Shown here: positions 20,685-29,781 of the stretch, piece after piece
Layout: each line of letters begins with the position of its first letter
Position numbering within the stretch: the stretch's first letter is position 1
Assembly (NCBI GenBank): GCA_027078545.1
Contig: JALWXN010000004.1
Coordinates: 160,001-224,000, forward strand
Length of the DNA stretch: 64,000 nt
Source of the DNA: Nitrososphaeria archaeon
GTDB lineage: Archaea; Thermoproteota; Nitrososphaeria; Geothermarchaeales; JDFR-13
Direction of reading: 5' to 3'
Notes under the pieces: model-generated
The model's input: only the letters and a program-made list of their open reading frames with translations
What the model was told of the DNA's origin: nothing
Databases searched by the model: none
Position numbers and translations under genes: made by a program

Positions 20685-20834
20685 GGATAATTGTTGCTTC
20701 CTCTACTAGTTAAAAAGGCCAAGCCTGAATAGTTATGTTAAAGGCCCTCGTTACAAAAACTGAGTTTATGGTTTCGACTACATTTACTTAGTCTATGAAT
20801 GGCTCGATAAGGCAGCCTAGTTGTCTATGTTTAA

Positions 20835-22520
20835 TTATTTAATTATATTTGCTAGTATGCCCGCTAACAGACTCGTTCTTTTCTCTATTTCTTCTCCGCT
20901 CCATTTCTTATATTTATCAACTAAGTATTTGGTGTTTAATGCTAAACCCGATTTTTTATAAGTCTCTTCCTTTTCATTATAGTTTTTAGAACCTAACTTG
21001 ATGTTTTCATCCTCCTCTAAGAGAGTTAAATTTCCTATTTTATAAACTAATTCAGGATTATCTAGTTTATCACGACGACTAATTGGATAAATATGCTCTA
21101 GTGTCAGGTCTTTTGAGGGGCGTTTCGTGTTCTCAGAGCTCTCAATTTCAAACAGCAAAGCTTTAGCTAATCTTTCATGTTTTCTTTCCTTAAATAAGAA
21201 TTTAAGTAAACTTTGCTTAAACTCGTTATCCTCTGGAAATAGGTTACGCAGTTCTTGGTAATATTTTTCAGTGTTATTATTCTCAATAAGCTCTATCAAT
21301 CGTCGTATTTTCTTTTCAAATTCACTTGGTGATTTAGAACATATTGTTCGTCTTATAAGTGTATAATATAAAGGTTTTAGTTTCTTCTCTATCTCTTTGT
21401 CGTTTATATTTCCTTTAGGATCTGCATATTTTTCAAGAAGAGCAAACATAATGGGAATGTGTTGTCTTATACCGATGGAGAAAAGAGTAGTTAAATAATC
21501 CACTATTGTCTCTTTCTTCCAATATATTTTCGATGGTGCTGAGATGTTCCTGTAATATATATTAAGAAATCGTTCTAGTTCGTCGAAAAATTGTCTGACA
21601 TCATCAAGATTATTAATCCTCTTTTTTATTTCTTTAAAAATATCCTTTTCTCTTACAAAGTCATATTTGTATATAAGATAATATCTTATAACATATTTCA
21701 GTTCTCTACTTTCATATTCTGAGAGGAAGCTATTCCACTTTTCATCAAAACGTATAACCTGTGTTTGATCCTCAGAATTACTTAGAATACCTAGAAGATA
21801 GTTTTTTATAAGGTCTAGTGGAGCTAAGGTAAGCCCTCTAGCGTTTAAAGTTTCGAAAATTAGAAAAGCGTTATGTTCAGAGTCCACTTCTACTACTACA
21901 GTAATTATATTCTCTTTTATCCCGATGTCAACAATCTTACTTAACCATTCTTCAATTTTCTGATTATTTTTCTTTATTTCTCTATCTATAATTTTATAGG
22001 ACTCTACATAAGTTGTTAACATATTATTCCATGATGTATATTTTTTATCGTTTAGAAGTTTTCGCAGTTCCCTTTCCTTTTTCTGTAAAGAACCTTCTTT
22101 GATTGTTATAATTTTTTCGTAGAATTGTCTATCAATCTTATTAGGAATGACACTTAGTTTCTCATTGCCTACAACATCATGATGACGCATAAGAAACAGT
22201 GAATGGATCCTATTGCTAAATTTTGTATAATTCATATTAATAAGGTAGTCTCTTAGAGCAGCCAAGAAGAGACAGGTAGTTATTAGTCGTTGTTGACCAT
22301 CGATTACAACATATTTATTCCTACCCTTTGATGTTAGAACCATCGGACCAATAAAATATTCCTCTCTAGACCCTTGCTCTATGATATCTAAAATAAATTC
22401 CTTTGCTTCCTCTTTCCAAGAATAGCTTCTCTGATTAATAGGAACTTCAAAATCTCTTGTCTGCAACAACTGTCCTAATGTTTCACTCCTAACATCTGTT
22501 ACAACTTTTTTGTTACTCAT
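20835..22520 (-). CDS. GmrSD-type (DUF262 + DUF1524/HNH) modification-dependent restriction enzyme
   Basis: VP..QRSYSW, IDGQQR, FETLNARG..L...DLIKN, LEHIYP...IGNLTLL...N. Confidence 0.92.
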   Translation of the reverse strand: MSNKKVVTDVRSETLGQLLQTRDFEVPINQRSYSWKEEAKEFILDIIEQGSREEYFIGPMVLTSKGRNKYVVIDGQQRLITTCLFLAALRDYLINMNYTKFSNRIHSLFLMRHHDVVGNEKLSVIPNKIDRQFYEKIITIKEGSLQKKERELRKLLNDKKYTSWNNMLTTYVESYKIIDREIKKNNQKIEEWLSKIVDIGIKENIITVVVEVDSEHNAFLIFETLNARGLTLAPLDLIKNYLLGILSNSEDQTQVIRFDEKWNSFLSEYESRELKYVIRYYLIYKYDFVREKDIFKEIKKRINNLDDVRQFFDELERFLNIYYRNISAPSKIYWKKETIVDYLTTLFSIGIRQHIPIMFALLEKYADPKGNINDKEIEKKLKPLYYTLIRRTICSKSPSEFEKKIRRLIELIENNNTEKYYQELRNLFPEDNEFKQSLLKFLFKERKHERLAKALLFEIESSENTKRPSKDLTLEHIYPISRRDKLDNPELVYKIGNLTLLEEDENIKLGSKNYNEKEETYKKSGLALNTKYLVDKYKKWSGEEIEKRTSLLAGILANIIK

Positions 22521-22991
22521 TAGAATAACCTCCTAACGACTCTGAATATGTTACCTACTAGCTTGTAATATCTGTTAAATATTTGCTTCAATTACATATA
22601 TAAGTCGATTCCTTACACAAACACTGGGAAGAAAGTTCAAAGACTATATTAATTCCTTTATGTAAATAATTATTTCGAACAAGTTCCTCATTTAAGAACA
22701 TGGGTGGGAAACCTATTATAAACCTGAGTTTGCAACACTTTGTCTTATAGGTGTTCAGCTACGAGAAATATAGTATATTATATGCATATGAACATCTCCA
22801 TTGACAATAGTGATAATAATGATGTAAAAGTTTGAATGAATCTTCAAGAACATCCAGGACTTTCAGATAAATTGTGAAGGGGGAAAGGGTAGTCTGATAT
22901 ATATTCTACTTTCAATTAGATACTTCCAACCAAGACTTATCTATAACAAGTTAAAAAAATCAATGAAGAGGCCATAGAAAACCGGACAAAC

Positions 22992-22999
22992 TTTATAAA
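22992..22999 (+). promoter_or_regulatory. TATA box of tRNA-Asp promoter
   Basis: TTTATAAA preceded by purine-rich BRE-like bases, about 30 nt upstream of the tRNA. Confidence 0.7.
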
Positions 23000-23027
23000 A
23001 CCGGAGTCTGAAAATATAGAGTTGACT

Positions 23028-23125
23028 GCCCCGGTGGTGTAGCCCGGCCAGCATACCGGCCTGTCGACAAGTATCCACGGGCGGTCAGCCGGTGGACCCG
23101 GGTTCAAATCCCGGCCGGGGCGCCA
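23028..23125 (+). tRNA. tRNA-Asp(GTC) with 20-nt canonical 37/38 intron (23067-23086)
   Basis: Acceptor GCCCCGG/CCGGGGC, anticodon stem CCGGC/GCCGG, central BHB helix CTGT/GCGG, encoded CCA. Confidence 0.94.
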
Positions 23126-23195
23126 AAAGTCCTAATTATAACGGAAGGATTGAGAATACCTATGAGTCTAGCCCCTAGGATCTCTGATTCATTTT

Positions 23196-24596
23196 TCACT
23201 CTTCTACTCGGGTTATGGAGTTTCTTATTATCTTTATAAGCTCATTATCCGTCACCCGTTCGTCTCTCAGGTTCTTGAAGTCGTATCTGGTGATGATCAG
23301 TTTGTTTATGCCTCTTCCATCTATTATGAATTCGAACTCGAATTGGGGGTGGTCATCAAACACCTCGTTGAAGACCCCCTCTAGATAGGGATATATAAGA
23401 ATAGTATTGGGTATAGGGGCTTTCCCATCATCCTTGCCCTCCAAGACCCTATTTACCTTATGAGCCAGCCTCGAGTAGACATACATCTGCCTGACATCAT
23501 TAACATCTATCGGGATCTTGTCATACCCCTCCTTATCCTGGTCCTTAGATCCCTTCAGCTCTTTGTACTTTACATCCACTACCAGTAGGATCCTACGGTT
23601 CTTGGATACCGTGATGTCCGGATACTGTGCAAAGACTTCACTGTCCCTATTGATGCTCATGTCTCGTAACAGCTTACCGATGGGCCTTTGATGCACCACG
23701 TCATACCCAGTGAGCTCACGCTTCAGCAGTTGATAGATGAATCGTTCGAAGAGATCGTTCATCTTGATGAAGAATCCATAGACCTCCCTGCCCCTCCCCA
23801 CCTCTATCCTGTGGAGGAGTAGTCTCGCCAGATTGTATGGCCTCCTAAACCTCTCATTTAACCTGTTGAAGACCGGTTCCCGATTAGTTGCTAACACCTT
23901 TGTATCCCTGTACATTGTTACTTCGCTCAACATATGTGATATCAGCTTTGCATAGGTCACCGTATCCCTATGTCTAGACATCTGTTCACATAGAGCGGCT
24001 GCCAGACGGAGAACCCTATTTAGTTCGTTATCCATGGACAGTGTATACTGCTCCTGTGTAAAGGTTATGAGCTGGTGTGGAAGCTTCCTAATCTGTCTAG
24101 AGACCAGTAGCTTCCCCCTAAGGAATGGCTCATCATAAACCCTCCTAATGTATCTACGGTATACCCCGTTCTGAAGCTCCCTATAGAGCATGAACGTATA
24201 TAGATACATTAGAACCTCGTGCAACGCCCTCTCAGACACCCCTCTCTTCCTGAGCATAGCATGGGACTCCTTCAACTCCAGCTGTAGCGCTGTGTCGAGC
24301 ATCCTAATGAACGCGATAGCCTCATCCTGTGTATCGAACAACCCTCTATCCCTAGCCCTCTTAAAAACCTTGGGGAATATGGTGAGGTTTATCCCATCTA
24401 CATGTCCAAACCCGACATACTGGTTAGTATAGATGTTGACCTCTCCCCCCAGCCCAAGCTGGATCCTCAATATTCTCTCACGATTGATTACAACCCTCTC
24501 CTCTATCAGGGCTAACTCCCTCTCCGATACTCCTAGCTCCTCCTTCTTAAACGTAGCTCCTGGCTCGTAGATCGCTAAATCCTTAGCTCTCCTCAT
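23196..24596 (-). CDS. mcrC: McrC-family PD-(D/E)XK nuclease subunit
   Basis: YVG, LRGKL, DNELNR, MNDLFERFI, PDI...VDVKYK, D..QMY.Y. Confidence 0.92.
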   Translation of the reverse strand: MRRAKDLAIYEPGATFKKEELGVSERELALIEERVVINRERILRIQLGLGGEVNIYTNQYVGFGHVDGINLTIFPKVFKRARDRGLFDTQDEAIAFIRMLDTALQLELKESHAMLRKRGVSERALHEVLMYLYTFMLYRELQNGVYRRYIRRVYDEPFLRGKLLVSRQIRKLPHQLITFTQEQYTLSMDNELNRVLRLAAALCEQMSRHRDTVTYAKLISHMLSEVTMYRDTKVLATNREPVFNRLNERFRRPYNLARLLLHRIEVGRGREVYGFFIKMNDLFERFIYQLLKRELTGYDVVHQRPIGKLLRDMSINRDSEVFAQYPDITVSKNRRILLVVDVKYKELKGSKDQDKEGYDKIPIDVNDVRQMYVYSRLAHKVNRVLEGKDDGKAPIPNTILIYPYLEGVFNEVFDDHPQFEFEFIIDGRGINKLIITRYDFKNLRDERVTDNELIKIIRNSITRVEE

Positions 24597-26581
24597 CAGC
24601 CCTCCTCTTCTTTTCTGGCCTGTGACGAGCCGCTACCCTTCAACCTCTCCCGGAATTTTTCAAGACCTTCTATATTGTTGAGCTCTTCCATCCACTCTCT
24701 TGGATCCTTCAGATGGTACTTACCACCCCTTTCACTGAGGAAAACACTTGATAGGCCTCCCAATACAACGGCGAGGTCATCCCACCTATTATAGAAATAC
24801 TCCTGTAAAAGAGGCATTATCCTATACACCCATACCTCTTTAAACGTCTCAAATGCATCATTTTCGTTTTTGGATCCAGCTAAGACCTCGAGGAAATAGC
24901 TATGCCCAATCCTATGATCCCTATCCAAGTAACTCTCAATTCTCTCGTTCAAAACCTCCAGGATCTCCTTCAGATGCTTTGCCAGCTCCTCCTTCTCCTC
25001 GCCAATCTTTCTAGCCACTTCTACCAGGGTATCGGGATCGGGGGGTATCTCGAGGAATGCAAACCGTCTCCTCAATGCATAGTCGACAAGGGCGATACTC
25101 TTATCCGCAGTATTCATGGTACCGATAATATAGAGGTTTGGAGGAACCGCGAATAGCTCCTTTGAATAGGGCAGGGTTACCAACACGTAATTCTCTCCAA
25201 ACAGCCTCTTATCCATCTCCAGGCAAGTAATCAACTCACCAAGTATCCTAGCCAAGTCACCCCTGTTTATCTCATCAATAACCAGATAGAACTTGCGAAC
25301 AGACTCACCTGATTCGTCATATTTTTTCTTATACTCATTAAGATCATCTGGGTTTTTAAGAATCTCACTAACGCCTTTCTTATAGCCTAGATCTTCAAGT
25401 AGGGCTTCTAAGGCCCTACGAGCCAGATCCTTAAACACACCATCCTCAACCTTATACATTATTCTACCCTTTTCATCGGTCACGGCTCTATAGCCCTCAA
25501 CAAACTCCTCATAACTATATGATGGATGGAAAGTGACAACCTCATAGAGATCTTTATTGCCACAAGTCACCCCATCCACGTATTTCAGAGCAAGAAAAGT
25601 CTTACCCGTACCAGGAGGACCATACAAAACAACCTGTCCATACATCTTTAGAAGATTATCAATATCTGAATATCTTTCCTCCTCTCTTAAGTTATCCTTC
25701 TCTTGATCATTATGGTTGCCATTGTGGTTACCCTCTTCCTTCGAGTGTTGGCCATTATTGTGTGTATAGAGATATATGAAACCAGAAAACCAAACAGTTT
25801 TGTATTTCACCCTACAAATCATATTTTTATTCAGTATTTCGTTGAAATTCAAATAATGAATTTCCATAAGATATTTTCTCACATAAATTTCGGGTTCATT
25901 TTCAATTTCTTTCACCTTTGGAAGATGGTTACATGTTTTTGAAAAGGCTATGGCATTACTATCATATGGACAAAATATCTTCGGATTAATCAAAAATAAT
26001 CCTTGAGTTAATTTTGGTACTCTTATCCCAGGTTCTGATCGTATTTCCTTAAATCTTTTAGAAAAGTAGCTTATGTCATTAACAAGATCCTCTATGGTAT
26101 CATAATTACTTATTCTTTCCCCAAATTCCCATAACTTGGGGACGATGTCCTCGATGTTATTGCTATCGGGATCAAAGAAGAATCTTCGCTTTGGGGAGGG
26201 TTGTAATGGCTGCCCGGTTCCAACTGGTAAATCATATTTTTTGCTAGTTCTTTTAATGCGTATCTCTTCTGGACGGATAGGTTTTTTACTTCTTCCTGCA
26301 GTATGGATAGAATAAATTATCGTAAATGGATCAATTAAATATTTTCCTTCTTTACTCTTAAACTTCTCCTTTTCCATTTTAATGCTTACTATTGATGTTA
26401 GTTCATCCACTAGTTCTTCATAAAACAATGCTTCTTCCTCGGGATCGGTCTTGACCTTCCTCCATTCGTCGAACAAATCTTTCCAGAACTCTAAGTATTT
26501 CTCGACCCAGTTATCATTATAACCTTTCATTAATGCCCTAATTTTTTGGTCGTGTTTCTTAATGCATTCCTCTAATGGCAT
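24596..26581 (-). CDS. mcrB: McrB-family AAA+ GTPase
   Basis: GPPGTGKT, TFHPSYSYEEFVEG, IDEINRG, GTMNTAD, ALRRRF, IGHSYF, PLLQEYF. Confidence 0.95.
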   Translation of the reverse strand: MPLEECIKKHDQKIRALMKGYNDNWVEKYLEFWKDLFDEWRKVKTDPEEEALFYEELVDELTSIVSIKMEKEKFKSKEGKYLIDPFTIIYSIHTAGRSKKPIRPEEIRIKRTSKKYDLPVGTGQPLQPSPKRRFFFDPDSNNIEDIVPKLWEFGERISNYDTIEDLVNDISYFSKRFKEIRSEPGIRVPKLTQGLFLINPKIFCPYDSNAIAFSKTCNHLPKVKEIENEPEIYVRKYLMEIHYLNFNEILNKNMICRVKYKTVWFSGFIYLYTHNNGQHSKEEGNHNGNHNDQEKDNLREEERYSDIDNLLKMYGQVVLYGPPGTGKTFLALKYVDGVTCGNKDLYEVVTFHPSYSYEEFVEGYRAVTDEKGRIMYKVEDGVFKDLARRALEALLEDLGYKKGVSEILKNPDDLNEYKKKYDESGESVRKFYLVIDEINRGDLARILGELITCLEMDKRLFGENYVLVTLPYSKELFAVPPNLYIIGTMNTADKSIALVDYALRRRFAFLEIPPDPDTLVEVARKIGEEKEELAKHLKEILEVLNERIESYLDRDHRIGHSYFLEVLAGSKNENDAFETFKEVWVYRIMPLLQEYFYNRWDDLAVVLGGLSSVFLSERGGKYHLKDPREWMEELNNIEGLEKFRERLKGSGSSQARKEEEG

Positions 26582-27086
26582 CTTAAAATAAATTATAACA
26601 CCCTATTTCCTTAAATAGATGTTTTAGGGTCTCTAACAACTAGCTGATTATACAATAGTTTTCAGTTTTCACCGCTATTCTTAAGAAATGTTGCATGGGA
26701 GAAAAAATTCGCTATTAGTTCTTATGTTGAGTTGTTTAGTTGCTTTCTATAGACAGGATGTGGTTCAAGTGAGTATATGAGATCATCTTAATTTATATTT
26801 TATTGAATTAGTATGTTTAACTGATAACATTATATGTTTCATTTACTCAAATAGTTCTCGGAAGCTATTCATGGAGAATATCCATTATATCATCGTTTCT
26901 GTCATATATAGTCACTCGTTATATAGCGTGAGGTTGTCTTTATAACAACAGGTTAGAGATAACGGTCCTCCTGTTTTTGAATGTCTAGGAACTAGCTCTC
27001 AGCTTTGTAACACGTGTACCATACACAGATCTGGAGGGTGCATAGCATTAAGCAATGCATGTGGAGATTTCTAAGTCCGATGTAAG

Positions 27087-27094
27087 TTTTAAAA
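27087..27094 (+). promoter_or_regulatory. TATA box of tRNA-Tyr promoter
   Basis: TTTTAAAA about 30 nt upstream of the tRNA. Confidence 0.6.
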
Positions 27095-27122
27095 GTTTCT
27101 TGTGGGGTAGAATATTGGTGGG

Positions 27123-27279
27123 CCCCCCGTAGCTCAGTGGCTAGAGCGGCCGGCTGTAGCTGTCTCGGCCCACGGATGACTGGGCGTATGCCTTGGGTTG
27201 AGTCCGTGGCGGCCGGCGGAGACAGGGCGATGTCCCCTCCAGCGGCAGGTCGTGGGTTCAAATCCCACCGGGGGGACCA
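27123..27279 (+). tRNA. tRNA-Tyr(GTA) with two introns: 37/38 (27160-27221, 62 nt) and 39/40 (27224-27242, 19 nt)
   Basis: C1-G72 acceptor CCCCCCG/CGGGGGG plus A-CCA; removing both introns gives perfect arm GCCGG-CTGTAGA-CCGGC; both introns fit BHB geometry. Confidence 0.88.
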
Positions 27280-27366
27280 GGCCTCCTACTCCTCCCATGG
27301 ATTAATAACCACGTTTGTGTAATCGATTATCCTATTATGTATTCCTAGTATATCCGGTGGTGGGTA

Positions 27367-29775
27367 GTGTCTAGCCAGGTGGATTTCAGGCCGAGGCTTA
27401 GGGATAAGCGTTGGGACAAGTCTAGGGAGGAGGAGCTCCTTAGGAAGTGGGTGGAGGAGGGTCGGTACGAGTTTAGGCTGGATCCTTCTAAGCCAGTATT
27501 CTCTATAGATACTCCCCCGCCATATGCCAGTGGGACGTGGCATGTGGCTGCTGCCGCCCACTATGTGCAGTTCGATGTGTTCGCTAGGTACTATATGATG
27601 AAGGGGTATAACGTCCTCTTCCCCATGGGGATCGATAGGAATGGCCTCCCGGTCGAGATGAAGGTTGAGCAGGAGTATAGGGTCCGGGCGAGGGATGTGG
27701 AGAGATCCGAGTTTATAAGGCTCTGCCGAGAGCTCCTGGACAGGTATGAGAAGTATATCTTGGAGGTTATCCGTAGAACCGGTATGCTGGCCAACTATCT
27801 CGAGCCCTATAGGACTGATGCCCCCGACTATAGGGCGCTTACCCAGGCCACCTTCATAGAGCTGTGGAGGAGGGGTCTGATCTATGAGGATGACCGGCCC
27901 ACTATATGGTGCCCCGTATGCTACACCCCCATAGCCGAGGCGGAGATCAACTATGTAAAGAGGATGGGTAAGCTGTACAAGGTGAGGTTCCCACTGAAGG
28001 ACGGCTCAGGATACCTAGTCATAGCGACCACCAGGCCGGAGCTGATAGGCGCCACGGGCGCCGTCCTATTCCACCCTGACGACGAGAGGTATAAGAAGTA
28101 TGAGGGTAGGGAGGTGGTTATCCCGCTCTATGGATATACAGTCCCGGTGCTGGCCAACCCCATCGTGGATCCTGAGTATGGGACCGGCGTCATGATGCTC
28201 TCAAGCTATGGAGACCTGGACGATGTAAGGCTCTTCAGGGAGCTGGGCCTGAAGCCCAGGGTACTCATCACCCCTGACGGCAGGATGAACAGTCTGAGCG
28301 GTAGGTATGAGGGGATGTCCGTCGAGGAGGCTAGGGAGGCCATTGTGAAGGATCTTGAGAGGGAGGGCTATCTAGAGGGTGTGGAGGAGGTTGAGCAGAA
28401 CGTACCCACATGCTGGAGGTCTAAGAATCCTGTCGAGTTCATAAATGTGAGGGCCTTCTACCTGAAGCAGCTGGAGTATAAGGATGCTATCCGGAGGATA
28501 GCCGATGAGATAGTCTTCTACCCCGAGTTCCATAAGCAGATCCTACTGAACTGGCTAGACTCGATCTCTATAGACTGGGCCATAAGTAGGGATAGGGTCT
28601 ATGGGACCGAGATCCCTATCTGGTACTGTAAACGCTGTGGCCACCCGAATCTCCCGGAGCCTGGGAGGTACTACGTCCCCTGGAGGGATCCGCCCCCCTT
28701 CGATAAGTGTGAGAAGTGTGGGCACAACGAGTTTAGGGGTGAGGAGAGGACCTTCGACACCTGGATGGACTCCAGCATCTCCTGCCTCTACATAAGTGGA
28801 TATATGAGGGATAGCCAGCTATTCGAGAAGGCCTTCCCAGTATCTGTCAGGCCCCAGGGAATCGACATAGTCAGGACGTGGCTCTACTACACCCTGCTCA
28901 GGGTCTACCAGCTCACCGGTAAGCCGGCCTTCAAATATGTGAGGCTCTCAGGGATGGGTCTCGACGAGAAGGGTAGGCCGATGAGTAAGAGCCTCGGCAA
29001 CGTCGTGGAGCCCATACCCATACTGGATAAGTGGGGGGCCGACGTCTTCAGGCTATGGGCCTGTGGAGACACTAAGCTGGGCTACAACTACCGCTTCTCT
29101 GAGAATAGGCTCGTCCCGGCCCAGCAGTTCATAACCAAGCTGTGGAACATAGCCAGGTTCATATCCAACTTCCCCGACACTAGTGGGGAGCTCGGGGTGG
29201 ACGGCCTGATAGAGGCTGACAAGCATATGATAGAGGCTCTGAACGAGGTTATCGACCTGGCTAATGAGGAGTACTCCAGGCTGGACAGCTTCGAGACGGT
29301 AACCAGGACTAGGCACTTCACCTGGGAGGTCTTCGCATCCAACTATCTAGAGCTGGTTAAGAAGCGGGCCTACAACAGGGATGGTGAGTTCACCCTGGAG
29401 GAGCAGAGGTCTGCATGGGCAGCTCTACACATTGTCCTGAAGAATATCCTCCTGATCCTACACCCCGTGATACCCTTCGTGACCGACTATATATGGAGGG
29501 AGCTCTACGGCGCCTCTGCCCTCGACCAGCCCTTCCCCGAGAGGATGGATACCGGGCTTGGGAGGAGCCTTATACCCATGGTTATGGAGCTGAACTCGGC
29601 GATATGGAGGTATAAGGAGATGAATGGGCTGAAGAGAAAGGACCCGATATCCCTGGTGGCTATCCCTAGGGAGCTGGAGCCCTTCGCCAAGGATATCAAG
29701 GCTCTCCACAACATTGGCGAAGTGGTTATAGACGACTCGATAAGGAGTGTAGAGGAGGTTAGGATAGAGAGGTAG
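27367..29775 (+). CDS. valS: Valyl-tRNA synthetase
   Basis: FSIDTPPPY.SG, HIGH-like HVAA, ATTRPE, DW.ISR, FDTWMDS, RPQG.DI.RTW, MSKS. Confidence 0.95.
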   Translation: MSSQVDFRPRLRDKRWDKSREEELLRKWVEEGRYEFRLDPSKPVFSIDTPPPYASGTWHVAAAAHYVQFDVFARYYMMKGYNVLFPMGIDRNGLPVEMKVEQEYRVRARDVERSEFIRLCRELLDRYEKYILEVIRRTGMLANYLEPYRTDAPDYRALTQATFIELWRRGLIYEDDRPTIWCPVCYTPIAEAEINYVKRMGKLYKVRFPLKDGSGYLVIATTRPELIGATGAVLFHPDDERYKKYEGREVVIPLYGYTVPVLANPIVDPEYGTGVMMLSSYGDLDDVRLFRELGLKPRVLITPDGRMNSLSGRYEGMSVEEAREAIVKDLEREGYLEGVEEVEQNVPTCWRSKNPVEFINVRAFYLKQLEYKDAIRRIADEIVFYPEFHKQILLNWLDSISIDWAISRDRVYGTEIPIWYCKRCGHPNLPEPGRYYVPWRDPPPFDKCEKCGHNEFRGEERTFDTWMDSSISCLYISGYMRDSQLFEKAFPVSVRPQGIDIVRTWLYYTLLRVYQLTGKPAFKYVRLSGMGLDEKGRPMSKSLGNVVEPIPILDKWGADVFRLWACGDTKLGYNYRFSENRLVPAQQFITKLWNIARFISNFPDTSGELGVDGLIEADKHMIEALNEVIDLANEEYSRLDSFETVTRTRHFTWEVFASNYLELVKKRAYNRDGEFTLEEQRSAWAALHIVLKNILLILHPVIPFVTDYIWRELYGASALDQPFPERMDTGLGRSLIPMVMELNSAIWRYKEMNGLKRKDPISLVAIPRELEPFAKDIKALHNIGEVVIDDSIRSVEEVRIER

Positions 29776-29781
29776 TGGGGC

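Noticed and set aside
22521-22980. Possible pseudogene remnants in AT-rich spacers (also 26582-27080)
   Set aside because: No recognisable motifs in any frame by eye; would need a translated search.
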